Origin: a bacterium ADurb.Bin157
Lineage (GTDB): Bacteria > Muiribacteriota > Ozemobacteria > Ozemobacterales > Ozemobacteraceae
NCBI GenBank assembly: GCA_002070375.1
Contig: MWDD01000013.1
Span: 369-64,368 of the forward strand
DNA: 64,000 nt
Direction: 5' to 3'
Shown: positions 26,287 through 35,494 of the stretch, piece by piece
How the letters are laid out: every line of letters begins with the position of its first letter
Position numbering within the stretch: position 1 is the first letter of the stretch
Position numbers and translations under genes: made by a program
Notes under the pieces: generated by a model
Told to the model about the DNA's origin: nothing
The model's input: only the letters and a program-made list of their open reading frames with translations
Databases searched by the model: none

Positions 26287-29176
26287 ATTTAATTATTACC
26301 AATGTTAAATCGTCGCTACTGGTTGGAGACCAGTCTTTGTAAGCACCAAAAAGAGCCTCATAGTAAAGCTCTATGTTTTCATTATAGCTTTTTTTCAGCA
26401 ATTCAGAAAATCCGTTAAAGCCCAAGCTTTCTCCGTCGGTATTGGCTGCTTCAATGATTCCGTCAGTGTATAAAAACATTATATCGCCGGGGTTAAACAC
26501 ATCTTCTTTAGTCTCGAGCTTTGCTTTTTTAACAACCCCAAGCGGCATACTGCCCTCGAATTCTACAAAGCGTGTTTCATTACCGCCTTTTTTTACAATT
26601 ACCGGATAACAGTGACCGGCATTTGCTATTTTGTACATACCGGTTTGAGTATCTACGCTCAAATATAAAGTTGTCATCATTCTTCTAATTTTCATTTTAT
26701 TCAATGCTCTTATACATTCATGAATTTTAAGAAGAAGTTCTTCGGGTGTTTCTCTTTCTGTTTTAGCCATTATTACCGAAGCTTTTGCCGCTGCCATAAC
26801 AAGTGCGGCGGGAACACCATGGCCTGAAACATCTCCCATTAATATTCCGACATTCAAGTCGTCCAACTCGAAATAGTCGAAATAGTCGCCGCCTAATCTG
26901 GTCATTGTCACCGAACGTCCAAAGACCTTGAGCTTATTTTTGTTTAAATTTTCTTGTGGAAACAAGTTTTCTTGAACTGTTTTAGCAACTTCCAGCTCTT
27001 CAAGACTTTCTATTGCCGTGTTAAAAGCATTTCCAAGTAACCCGAATTCATCTTCCGAGTTAATTGGAATACGATGCCTGAAGTTTTGTTTAGCAATTGC
27101 AACTACTCCTTTTTGAATCTCAGAAACGGGATCCATAAATTGATTGGAAAGTCCGAGCGCTATTCCGGAAACAAGAATAATACTTAATAAAGCAAATATA
27201 ACCAATTTCAATAAAACATCATTAATCACAGATTCGATTTTATCAAGTGGAAATAATCCTACAAAGGCAACTTTATCAAGAATTTTACCGACAGTACCAT
27301 AGGCAAGATATCTTTTACCTTCATAAGTAACTTCTTCTTGTCTTATTTCCGATAAATTAACCGCCTGTCTTAACAAGACATCCAAAGATTGTTCTAATTC
27401 AAAAGTTTTACCGGTCTTAATGTAACTTGCTCCGTTAGAAATAATTCTTGCGAAGCATTTAATTTGGGCAAAATTGTTGCTTATATCGCTGATATTTTTC
27501 TTCAAATATTCTTCTTGTAAGCTCTCTATTTGCCAAATAACAGCTACCCCGTGCTTAAAAGCTTTATTCTCAAAGTTTCCTAAAAGGTTCCAATAATATT
27601 CAAAATTATCTTGAGCCATTTTTTCTGAGGTTATGCGTCTCATTTTATTAAGAAATTTATGTAAAACTACTTTTTGGAAAGCAAACATTTTTCCGGAATC
27701 ATCAATCCCGGGTTTAGCCAGCTTAAAAATATGTTGCGGCGAATAATCTTTAATAGCAAGGTAATCAATCAAATCTTTGAAAATGGCCTCTAAAAATACC
27801 GTTCCTTTTCTATTATTTCTTTTTGAATACTTAAATTCAGAATTGCTTATAAAACAGTCTTGTGCATTTAGTTTACCGGCCAAGTCAAAAATTTTCTGTA
27901 ATTCTTTTTCTCCATAGACGTTATTTTTTGCGTTAAGTTCATCTATAAGCTTATTAAGTTCGTTTGCGTATTCTGCTTTAATGTTTTCAAATTTATTATC
28001 AAAGTCTTCAAATAGTCCATATATGTCCTCGTAAGATGAATCAACCAAAAGGCTTCTCATTTGGCTCATGTATTCATATCCCGTAAAACCTAATATCAAT
28101 AAGGGCAACCCGTTTGCATAAACAAATAATAATGCAAGCTTCCAACGTATTGAAAAGAAAGAAGATTTTTTAAAAACCAGGTAATATACTAGTGTGCCAA
28201 TTAGTATAAGAATTAAGAGAACCAGTGTCATAACTGTATTGTATGCAGCTGAAGAATCAATATTCAGATATTCTTTGTTAATGTAGCAAAAGACTCTTGA
28301 AGCCGGTGTAAAAAGCTTAACCTGAATCAGATAATTATCAGTTTCCAGGTTTTTGTGCGAATAGTTTTCAAATTTAGCCAAAGCCACACGAATTTCGGGA
28401 ATAATTTTATTGTTTTTGCTATTTTTTTCAAACACATCCATAAAGCCGTATCGAACCGGAAATTCTTTGTCTGTGCTATTTCTATTCACTCCGTCAACAA
28501 GTTTTTTTAAGTAATCCAAAGAATTAATTGCAGAATCATTAATAAAAGCAAATAAACTTAATTCGTCTCCGATGCTATACCAAAAATAGGCCTTATCTGA
28601 CTTTGCTCCCGCTAACACACATTCTGCCAGATTCCCTGCCATCAAAGGCAGATTCAATTTTTCGGGAACAAGAAAGCCTCCAAGATATGTTCTGATTAAA
28701 TTCAATCTTTTAGAAACCAAATCAAGCGTCTCGGGATTACCCGGATAGTTTTCATGAGTGTCTTTTACCACAGCTTTAAAAACGTCATGAATGGTTCTGA
28801 TTATGTATCTATAGCCTTTTTCATCGGTAAGAGTTTCATCTATGTTTCCGGATTTATCCCAGACTACAAATGAAAAAGTTCCGGGGTTTCTCTTGTTGAG
28901 ATGCTCTAATGCGTCTTTTAAATAAGCTAATGGTTCAGGAGTTTTGTGTGCAATTTCGAATATTTTTTTTAAGAGGGCGTGATAGTAAAATTTGCTGTTA
29001 CTGTATCTGGTAATCTTCTCAATTTTTTTATCCAACTTTAAATAGGCGGCTTTTTTATTGACCTGAGAGCGCGTCTCAAGCATTGTTTCGAGGCCGACAT
29101 CAAGAAGAAGAAGGGGGAACAAAAAGAAGCAAAACAACACCCCGCCCCAAAAAAGATATGGCCACCTTCTTTTCAT
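26279..29176 (-). CDS. Membrane sensor phosphatase with two periplasmic domains, HAMP and PP2C. Paralog 4.
   Basis: The ORF track gives 26279-29245 with a TTG start. The probable start is the internal Met (MKRRWPYLFWGGVLFCFF...) just before TM1. PP2C motifs MGDVSGHGVPAALVMAAAKAS and YTDGIIEAAN. Confidence 0.7.
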   Translation of the reverse strand: MKRRWPYLFWGGVLFCFFLFPLLLLDVGLETMLETRSQVNKKAAYLKLDKKIEKITRYSNSKFYYHALLKKIFEIAHKTPEPLAYLKDALEHLNKRNPGTFSFVVWDKSGNIDETLTDEKGYRYIIRTIHDVFKAVVKDTHENYPGNPETLDLVSKRLNLIRTYLGGFLVPEKLNLPLMAGNLAECVLAGAKSDKAYFWYSIGDELSLFAFINDSAINSLDYLKKLVDGVNRNSTDKEFPVRYGFMDVFEKNSKNNKIIPEIRVALAKFENYSHKNLETDNYLIQVKLFTPASRVFCYINKEYLNIDSSAAYNTVMTLVLLILILIGTLVYYLVFKKSSFFSIRWKLALLFVYANGLPLLILGFTGYEYMSQMRSLLVDSSYEDIYGLFEDFDNKFENIKAEYANELNKLIDELNAKNNVYGEKELQKIFDLAGKLNAQDCFISNSEFKYSKRNNRKGTVFLEAIFKDLIDYLAIKDYSPQHIFKLAKPGIDDSGKMFAFQKVVLHKFLNKMRRITSEKMAQDNFEYYWNLLGNFENKAFKHGVAVIWQIESLQEEYLKKNISDISNNFAQIKCFARIISNGASYIKTGKTFELEQSLDVLLRQAVNLSEIRQEEVTYEGKRYLAYGTVGKILDKVAFVGLFPLDKIESVINDVLLKLVIFALLSIILVSGIALGLSNQFMDPVSEIQKGVVAIAKQNFRHRIPINSEDEFGLLGNAFNTAIESLEELEVAKTVQENLFPQENLNKNKLKVFGRSVTMTRLGGDYFDYFELDDLNVGILMGDVSGHGVPAALVMAAAKASVIMAKTERETPEELLLKIHECIRALNKMKIRRMMTTLYLSVDTQTGMYKIANAGHCYPVIVKKGGNETRFVEFEGSMPLGVVKKAKLETKEDVFNPGDIMFLYTDGIIEAANTDGESLGFNGFSELLKKSYNENIELYYEALFGAYKDWSPTSSDDLTLVIIKYD

Positions 29177-29258
29177 AATCACTCTACTATTTAATATCTC
29201 ACTCAACACACCCATTCTAACACATGTAATGGCTGTTAGCCACAAAACACTTAATTAG

Positions 29259-29267
29259 TGGTATAAT
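29259..29267 (+). promoter_or_regulatory. Extended -10 promoter element TGgTATAAT upstream of nnr
   Basis: TGGTATAAT lies about 30 nt upstream of the nnr ATG, in the divergent intergenic region. Confidence 0.4.
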
Positions 29268-29298
29268 AAATTTACAAACAGTGAGCAAAGGACATCAT

Positions 29299-30852
29299 AT
29301 GAGATTATTTACTTCAGAAGAAATGAAAATAGCCGAAACCCACGCCATAGAAAAAATAGGAATTCCGTCAATTGTATTAATGGAAAATGCCGGCATAAAG
29401 TCATTGCTAACAATAGAAAAGATTGTAAGCGGCATTAAGGGCAAACGCTTCACCATAATATGCGGGAAAGGCAACAATGGCGGCGATGGTCTTGTAATAG
29501 CGCGACATCTTCATAATAATGCGGTTCCGGTACACCTGTTTTTGTTATCTGAACCTGAAGAACTGTCACCGGATTCTGAAATTAATTGCAGAATTCTTAT
29601 AAAAAGCGGCCTATACCCCAGCGTAATAAAAGAAAAGAACGACATTGACAAACTCAGAGTAGCGATGGAGTTTTCCGAATGCATCATAGACTGTATTTAT
29701 GGCACAGGTATTAAGGACAATATAAAAGGTTTGGCAAGCGAAATCGTTAAAGCCGTAAATCTGAGCAGAGCAATAAAGATTAGTATAGACCTACCCTCAG
29801 GAGTATGCGGAACTACAGGCAAAGCATCCATTCCTTCTATAATTTCAAATTACACCATAACTCTCGGAACTCCAAAAATTGGTTTATTTATGTATCCCGG
29901 GCTAGCGCACGCAGGCGAAGTCTGGACCGCCGACATCGGAATTCCTTCTATCTCTAATTCACATCCTCAAGGAATGCATTATCTGATTGATGATGAATTA
30001 GCTTTTTCTCTTTTGCCATATCGTGACGAAAACATTCATAAGGGTCTTGCCGGAAAAGTTCTGGTTTTTGGAGGTTCCTCAGAGTATCAAGGAGCCGGAA
30101 TAATGGCTTCAGGCGGCGCCTTACGTTCCGGGGCCGGCATAATTAATCTAGCTCTTCCCGATTGTCTGATGGGTAAAATAATTTGCCAGATTCCCCCCGA
30201 GGTTATTGTAAGCTATTTACCTTCAAGAGATGGCGGCTTTTTTTTAAACGAATCAACAGCAATAAATCTTTGCTCAAAATACAATGCTATTCTTGTGGGT
30301 CCCGGTTGGGGCAGAGGAGAAGGAAGAAGGCAAACCTTAGAGCACATACTCAAGCATTATAGCGGGATTGTTGTAATTGACGCAGATGCATTAAACATAA
30401 TTTCTCAATCACCCGAATTGCTTGCAAACAGAAAATGCAGAATTATTATTACTCCCCATCACGCCGAAATGGCCAGATTGTGCAAAACAGACATAGAAGA
30501 CATTGCTAACAATCAAATTGCACGCGCCAAAGATTACGCCGCCGACAACAAAGTCACCGTAGTATTAAAATCATCTGTGACAGTTATTGCCGCTCCTAAC
30601 GGCAAAATATTTATAAACAGCGCGCCTAATAGCGGAATGGCAAAGGGCGGTTCAGGAGATCTTTTATCCGGTTTTATTGCCGGACTTGCCGCCACCGGCG
30701 GTTCGGAGCTTAATGCAGCTATAACAGGAGTATATATTATTTCAGAGGCGGGGAAAGAAGCTAAAGAACAATTGGGCTGCGATTCAATGAGTGTTTCTGA
30801 AGTATCGTTTCTTATTCCCAAGGTATTCTCAAAATTAAGGAATAAAAAATGA
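29299..30852 (+). CDS. nnr: Bifunctional NAD(P)H-hydrate repair enzyme Nnr (epimerase and ADP-dependent dehydratase)
   Basis: YjeF-N motif (GKGNNGGDGLVIARHL) and YjeF-C (GGSGDLLSGFIAGL). The ORF track starts at the GTG at 29281. The ATG at 29299 (MRLFTSEEMK) matches the usual start. Confidence 0.85.
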   Translation: MRLFTSEEMKIAETHAIEKIGIPSIVLMENAGIKSLLTIEKIVSGIKGKRFTIICGKGNNGGDGLVIARHLHNNAVPVHLFLLSEPEELSPDSEINCRILIKSGLYPSVIKEKNDIDKLRVAMEFSECIIDCIYGTGIKDNIKGLASEIVKAVNLSRAIKISIDLPSGVCGTTGKASIPSIISNYTITLGTPKIGLFMYPGLAHAGEVWTADIGIPSISNSHPQGMHYLIDDELAFSLLPYRDENIHKGLAGKVLVFGGSSEYQGAGIMASGGALRSGAGIINLALPDCLMGKIICQIPPEVIVSYLPSRDGGFFLNESTAINLCSKYNAILVGPGWGRGEGRRQTLEHILKHYSGIVVIDADALNIISQSPELLANRKCRIIITPHHAEMARLCKTDIEDIANNQIARAKDYAADNKVTVVLKSSVTVIAAPNGKIFINSAPNSGMAKGGSGDLLSGFIAGLAATGGSELNAAITGVYIISEAGKEAKEQLGCDSMSVSEVSFLIPKVFSKLRNKK

Positions 30853-31157
30853 GTATTTCTTGTATCAGTGAAAGCGAGCATGGGGCAATTTTACAAGTTT
30901 TGGCAGTTCCAAGATCATCAAGAACAGAAATTAGCGGCATACAGGAAAACAGATGCAAAATAAAAGTTAAAGCCCCCCCTGTAGACGGTGAAGCTAATGC
31001 GGCTATATGCAAGGCTTTAGCTAAGTATTTTGGGTTGCCTAAGTCATCAATAGTTCAACAAAAAGGACAGACCGGCAAGCAAAAAACCTTTTTACTGGCC
31101 GGTCTTAATATGTCAGAAGCTGAAGAAATACTCGAAAAAATATTATCTGAGCTATAA
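30849..31157 (+). CDS. yggU: DUF167 (YggU) family protein
   Basis: 102 aa with the YggU-like sequence AILQVLAVPRSSRTEI...IKVKAPPVDGEANAAICKALAK. 4-nt overlap with nnr. Confidence 0.7.
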   Translation: MSISCISESEHGAILQVLAVPRSSRTEISGIQENRCKIKVKAPPVDGEANAAICKALAKYFGLPKSSIVQQKGQTGKQKTFLLAGLNMSEAEEILEKILSEL

Positions 31158-31158
31158 A

Positions 31159-31812
31159 TCAGTCAAGAGAATTTTCGAGTACAGATTCACCGAATTTTCC
31201 GGGATTATATTTTCCTTTGTTTGTAGAAAGAGGAGATCTCAGAAAGCGTATGGCACGAATTCCGGCATCCCATGCTTCAGTTATGTCAGAGTCGGAATCG
31301 CCATAATATATTGATATACCGTTTTCTTTAATGAATTTGGCTTTTGTGACGTATCCTGTGAATATTGCCTTAGGTTGATTTTTTAATTTAAAAGCGCGAT
31401 GCAGGCATTCTGTCAATATTTCTTTCCCTTGAGGTTGTGGTCTTGCGGTAATAAAGAATATTTTATCACCACGTTTATTGTGCATTGCAATAAGCCTTGC
31501 CGCAGACTCTTTGTGCATACTGAATTTGTCGAATTCGCAGCTTAAATCTTCCCAAAACTGTTGATTGCTCAGTGGTTTGTCACCATATTTGTTGGTTCTA
31601 TTTTTTCCGTCGGTGTTATTAAAAGCATAATAGAATCCCGGCGAAGAAAACATAGCAGTGTCATCAACATCAAGGCCTATGGCAATGGGTTTATTAGGTA
31701 AAGACTTTTCAATTTCTTCAATAGAAATTGTCATATAGGGCAATTCTGCACCGAAAGCGGCAGTTGCGAGGAATAATACAAACATTAGAGGCAACATTCT
31801 TTTAAAATTCAT
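31159..31812 (-). CDS. aphA: Class B acid phosphatase / HAD subfamily IIIB (AphA-like), secreted
   Basis: Signal peptide. Collinear with E. coli AphA: GLDVDDTAMFSSPGFYY (DDT motif), IFFITARP, YYGDSDSDITEA. Confidence 0.7.
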   Translation of the reverse strand: MNFKRMLPLMFVLFLATAAFGAELPYMTISIEEIEKSLPNKPIAIGLDVDDTAMFSSPGFYYAFNNTDGKNRTNKYGDKPLSNQQFWEDLSCEFDKFSMHKESAARLIAMHNKRGDKIFFITARPQPQGKEILTECLHRAFKLKNQPKAIFTGYVTKAKFIKENGISIYYGDSDSDITEAWDAGIRAIRFLRSPLSTNKGKYNPGKFGESVLENSLD

Positions 31813-31841
31813 TCGATAGATTCTCCTTAAATTTTGTTTAA

Positions 31842-32360
31842 TTATTTATATTCGGCGGCGACATTTACAATCGCTTCAAACTCGTTTGATTCTAACCAAG
31901 CATCAATAAAAAAGACAGGATACTTTTGATTTTCAATTACCGCGTATCTGAAACATTTTTCACCCAGTCTGCCTTCGCCCGGCAATGGTTCTACTATTCC
32001 CTCTTTGAATCTATACTCGATTCTGTCAGCAACAAACCCCACGTATACAGCGTGCTTAATTGTTAACAACAAAAGTCTTGAGTTTTCATCAATAACATAA
32101 TTTTTTTCTAAGTTAATTCTGTCTCTAATGTTTACAACAGGGACAACCGTACCTCTAATATTAACCACTCCGACAAGGTAAGGTTCTCCCGGGACCGATA
32201 CAATAGCTCCGGGAATGACCACTTCAGTAATATCCACAACCGGAATAACAAAAGTTTTATTCCCGAATTTGAACATAAAGAACTTTTCCAGCCTTCCGTC
32301 TCCGGGATTTTCGCTGTTATTTTGAGCTATCCTTTTAAACAGTGGGATAATTTGTGACAT
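31842..32360 (-). CDS. cheW: CheW-like chemotaxis coupling protein
   Basis: 172 aa single CheW domain (FVIPVVDITEVV..., LVGVVNIRGTVVPVVNIRDR). Confidence 0.65.
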   Translation of the reverse strand: MSQIIPLFKRIAQNNSENPGDGRLEKFFMFKFGNKTFVIPVVDITEVVIPGAIVSVPGEPYLVGVVNIRGTVVPVVNIRDRINLEKNYVIDENSRLLLLTIKHAVYVGFVADRIEYRFKEGIVEPLPGEGRLGEKCFRYAVIENQKYPVFFIDAWLESNEFEAIVNVAAEYK

Positions 32361-32374
32361 GAGTTTCTCCGAGG

Positions 32375-32953
32375 TTAGCCTTTAATAAATTTAATAAACT
32401 TCTGCAAAGCACGCGATCTATGACTTATAGTATTTTTTTCTATATCTGTCAGCTCGGCAACAGAGCAATTATTTTTGGGAAGCCAAAAGACAGGGTCGTA
32501 TCCGAATCCGGCTTTTCCTGTTCTTTTGTTTGCAATTATACCTTCTAATGTTCCGGAAAATTCATGGGATTTTCCGGTAGCATCTATATACACAATAACA
32601 CACCTAAATCTGGCTGTTCTTTTTTCTGACGGGAGTTCTTTCAAGTCTTCCAGGAGCTTATTAATGTTCTTATTATGATCGACCGGTGTTCCGGCGAATC
32701 TTGCGGAATAAATTCCGGGTGCCCCGTTCAGAGCATCGACTTCCAAGCCCGAATCATCTGCCATAACAGGCTCTTTAACTATTTCAAACAACGCCCTTGC
32801 CTTTAAGAGGGCATTTTCTTCGTATGAGGCTCCGTTTTCTTCAACATCAGGAGGATTATTTAAATCAAAAAAGCTCTTAACCACTATTGGGGCCAATATT
32901 TTGCTGATTTCTTCGACTTTATGGGCATTTTTTGTTGCCACCCATATATTCAT
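32375..32953 (-). CDS. rdgB: Non-canonical purine NTP pyrophosphatase RdgB (Ham1 family, dITP/XTP pyrophosphatase)
   Basis: 192 aa with ATKNAHKVEE, DDSGLEVDALNGAPGIYSARFAG and GFGYDPVF. Confidence 0.85.
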   Translation of the reverse strand: MNIWVATKNAHKVEEISKILAPIVVKSFFDLNNPPDVEENGASYEENALLKARALFEIVKEPVMADDSGLEVDALNGAPGIYSARFAGTPVDHNKNINKLLEDLKELPSEKRTARFRCVIVYIDATGKSHEFSGTLEGIIANKRTGKAGFGYDPVFWLPKNNCSVAELTDIEKNTISHRSRALQKFIKFIKG

Positions 32954-33687
32954 TTCAAATTCTCCAAGGCCTGCTTTTGTAATTCAAAAAGTTTTTCGAG
33001 GCCTTTTTGGCCAATTTTAAGCATTTCATCAAGCTGTTTTCCGGTATATGTAGCTCCGTTTTCGGCAGTTCCCTGAACTTCAATAAAGCCGCCATTATTA
33101 GTCATAACGAGGTTCAAATCGGTTTCAGCGTGTGAATCTTCAGGATAATCAAGATCGAGCAACACTTCATTATCGCAAATTCCGACACTTACGGCGGCAA
33201 TTCTGTTGGTAATTGGGTTTTCTGTTAATTTTCCCTCTTCGGTTAATTTTTTTACCGCCATTTCAAGAGCGACCATTGCGCCGGTTATCGAAGCTGTTCT
33301 GGTGCCTCCGTCAGCTTGAATAACATCGCAATCAATCATAAGAGTTCTGGGGCCCAATTTTTGTAAATCAAGTGCAGCTCTCATTGATCTTCCGATTAGT
33401 CTTTGAATTTCATAAACTCTGCCCTTTACAGTCGCTTTACCGTATCCTGCTCTTTCATTTCTTACTAAGCCCGCAGCCGGCATTAATGCATATTCAGCAG
33501 TAATCCAACCTTGAGAGTTATTTTTTGCGGCAACATAAGGTGGCACTTTTTCTTCGACCTGAACAGTACATAATACTCTTGTGTCGCCGAAAGTAATTAG
33601 TACTGAGCCATGCGGATATTTCAGATATCCCGGTTCAATTGAAATCTTTCTCAGTTCATCATTTTTTCGACCATCATGCCTTAGCAT
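32950..33687 (-). CDS. rph: Ribonuclease PH
   Basis: 245 aa (RHDGRKNDELR, CDVIQADGGTRTASITGA). 4-nt overlap with rdgB. Confidence 0.9.
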   Translation of the reverse strand: MLRHDGRKNDELRKISIEPGYLKYPHGSVLITFGDTRVLCTVQVEEKVPPYVAAKNNSQGWITAEYALMPAAGLVRNERAGYGKATVKGRVYEIQRLIGRSMRAALDLQKLGPRTLMIDCDVIQADGGTRTASITGAMVALEMAVKKLTEEGKLTENPITNRIAAVSVGICDNEVLLDLDYPEDSHAETDLNLVMTNNGGFIEVQGTAENGATYTGKQLDEMLKIGQKGLEKLFELQKQALENLK

Positions 33688-33772
33688 AAGTAACCTCCGA
33701 CTGGTATTCTCGCAAGAATACCATTAAATATATGCTTTTCCAACATTTTTTTACTCATAATCAGTTTATATA

Positions 33773-33781
33773 TGTTAGAAT
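33773..33781 (+). promoter_or_regulatory. Extended -10 element TGTTAGAAT
   Basis: The same TGnTAGAATA motif occurs at 7552-7561 and 14149-14158. It is followed by the SD AAAGGAAG and the ATG at 33814. Confidence 0.4.
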
Positions 33782-33813
33782 ACTGTAGCAGTATGCGCAA
33801 AAGGAAGTATATT

Positions 33814-34236
33814 ATGTCTACAGTACAAGGAATAATTCAAAAAGGCATTGGGGAATCAAAAAATACCGTAAGAGAACAAATGCCATATTTTGAAAAGGCT
33901 TTTCCGGAAGTCTCAAATTGTTACCACGGGACAATCAATGTTTTGTTGGACAAACCTCTGGTAATATTGATTGCAGATCACACTACCGAAGCACTTCCCT
34001 GGCATCCGGCGTTCAAATTTGTAAAAGGCGGAGAAGTATTTAAATTTTTACGCATCAAACTGAGAGTTGAAGGTTTCGATAGTGTTGATGCTTGGATATA
34101 TAAAGCACAATTTTCTCCTTATCACGATAACCCCTATTATATCGAAATACTTGCTCCCCACATTGGTTTTACCGGCACTCCCCGCTGTTCTATCGAGGTT
34201 TACAGTTCATGTTGCGAAGGTCTAATAGTCGGTTAA
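33814..34236 (+). CDS. Hypothetical protein
   Basis: The ORF track gives 33772-34236. The probable start is MSTVQG at 33814, after the SD. No recognisable domain. Confidence 0.35.
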   Translation: MSTVQGIIQKGIGESKNTVREQMPYFEKAFPEVSNCYHGTINVLLDKPLVILIADHTTEALPWHPAFKFVKGGEVFKFLRIKLRVEGFDSVDAWIYKAQFSPYHDNPYYIEILAPHIGFTGTPRCSIEVYSSCCEGLIVG

Positions 34237-34619
34237 TTATAATTTTAATATTTTGCTTCTATTCTTGTTTTTGTTTTGCGCAAACAGTAAAACGTTATAT
34301 TATTTTTCCTAAAAAAGCCGGAGATCCTGCTTTAATTGACTATGCGTCTATTAAAGATTCATCTTCACTTAATTTTTCTTTTAAATATGAATCAGATCTT
34401 TCTAAGTTAATAATGCAAAAGTCATCTCGTGTTCTGAGCCAAAAAATAATTGAAGAGAACACTGCCACTTCTACCAATGATCTTTCTTCGTTTGTATTAT
34501 GGGAACAAATGTTAAATACGCGCAAAAAGTTAGACTCAGAAATAGAAGATAGTCTTAATACAAATATTTCTTCCGGTACAAATGAACTTCCATACAAAAA
34601 ACCGTTTCACAAAAAATGA
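34209..34619 (+). CDS. Hypothetical secreted protein
   Basis: 136 aa with a signal peptide (LIIILIFCFYSCFCFAQT) and a Ser/Asn-rich region. Followed by a bidirectional terminator. Confidence 0.4.
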   Translation: MLRRSNSRLIIILIFCFYSCFCFAQTVKRYIIFPKKAGDPALIDYASIKDSSSLNFSFKYESDLSKLIMQKSSRVLSQKIIEENTATSTNDLSSFVLWEQMLNTRKKLDSEIEDSLNTNISSGTNELPYKKPFHKK

Positions 34620-34634
34620 AACGGTTTTTTGTAT
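34606..34634. terminator. Bidirectional rho-independent terminator between convergent genes
   Basis: AAAAAACCGTTTCA-caaaaaa-TGAAACGGTTTTTTG: a 10-bp stem flanked by an A-run and a T-run. It serves the + gene ending at 34619 and lpxA (minus) ending at 34647. Confidence 0.65.
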
Positions 34635-34646
34635 GTTTGCAGGCAA

Positions 34647-35474
34647 TTATTCGCCGGTAGCAGATGTGGCTGAAGCAGTAATTTCAAATTTGGGAGTTCT
34701 TTTATAACAGCCTCTCGTTGCAGCCTTAACAAAATTATGAAAATCTTGTATCAAAGGATCTTTGGCATCTACGAGTTCTTCCCACTTTTCCATTATTTGC
34801 GAGACATTCATATCTGATCTGAAAAACACTTTATAAAGTTCTTTAATTGCAGATATTGACTCTTTAGAAACATTATTTCGTTTTAGGCCCACGGCATTAA
34901 GACCAACGACACGAGCGGGGTTTCCGTCTATTTTAATAAATGGAGGCACGTCTTTAACTATTTTAGTCATTCCGCCTATCATAACCATGCTTCCGATTTT
35001 GCAGAATTGGTGAACTCCCGTGAATCCGCCAAGGACAGCTCTGTCAAAGACTTCAACGTGTCCTGCCAAAGTAACTGCGTTTGACATGATTATATTGCTT
35101 CCGACTTTACAGTTATGTGCAATGTGTACATATGCCATTAGGAGATTATTATCGCCAATAATTGTATATTGGTCTTCTCCTTCTGCCATATGAACGGTGA
35201 CAAATTCTCTGAGGTGGTTGCCGTTTCCTATTTTTAGGAACGATCGCTCACCTTTAAACTTTAGATCTTGTGGTGGTGCGCCAATTACTACCGAAGGGTG
35301 TATCACGTTGTTTTCGCCTATGGTTGTATATCCATTTATATGCGAACAAGGGCCAACCTTTGTATTGGCACCAATTTCAACGTTTGGTCCTATTATTGCG
35401 TATGGACCTACCTGAACCGTAGGATGCAGCTTTGCACCTTCTGCAATTATTGCAGTTGGATGTATATTCATCAC
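34647..35474 (-). CDS. lpxA: Acyl-ACP--UDP-N-acetylglucosamine O-acyltransferase LpxA
   Basis: 275 aa. Left-handed beta-helix hexapeptide repeats. The N-terminus MMNIHPTAIIAEGAKLHPTVQVGPYAIIGPNVEIG is typical of LpxA. Confidence 0.85.
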   Translation of the reverse strand: MMNIHPTAIIAEGAKLHPTVQVGPYAIIGPNVEIGANTKVGPCSHINGYTTIGENNVIHPSVVIGAPPQDLKFKGERSFLKIGNGNHLREFVTVHMAEGEDQYTIIGDNNLLMAYVHIAHNCKVGSNIIMSNAVTLAGHVEVFDRAVLGGFTGVHQFCKIGSMVMIGGMTKIVKDVPPFIKIDGNPARVVGLNAVGLKRNNVSKESISAIKELYKVFFRSDMNVSQIMEKWEELVDAKDPLIQDFHNFVKAATRGCYKRTPKFEITASATSATGE

Positions 35475-35494
35475 AAACTCCTTACTTAGAGCAA

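Noticed and set aside
17413-29245. Possible assembly or collapse artefact, or nucleotide-level tandem repeat
   Set aside because: The four paralogs differ substantially at the aa level (969-1018 aa, divergent periplasmic domains), so they are ancient duplicates rather than near-identical repeats. No CRISPR-like short direct repeats are seen anywhere in the window.
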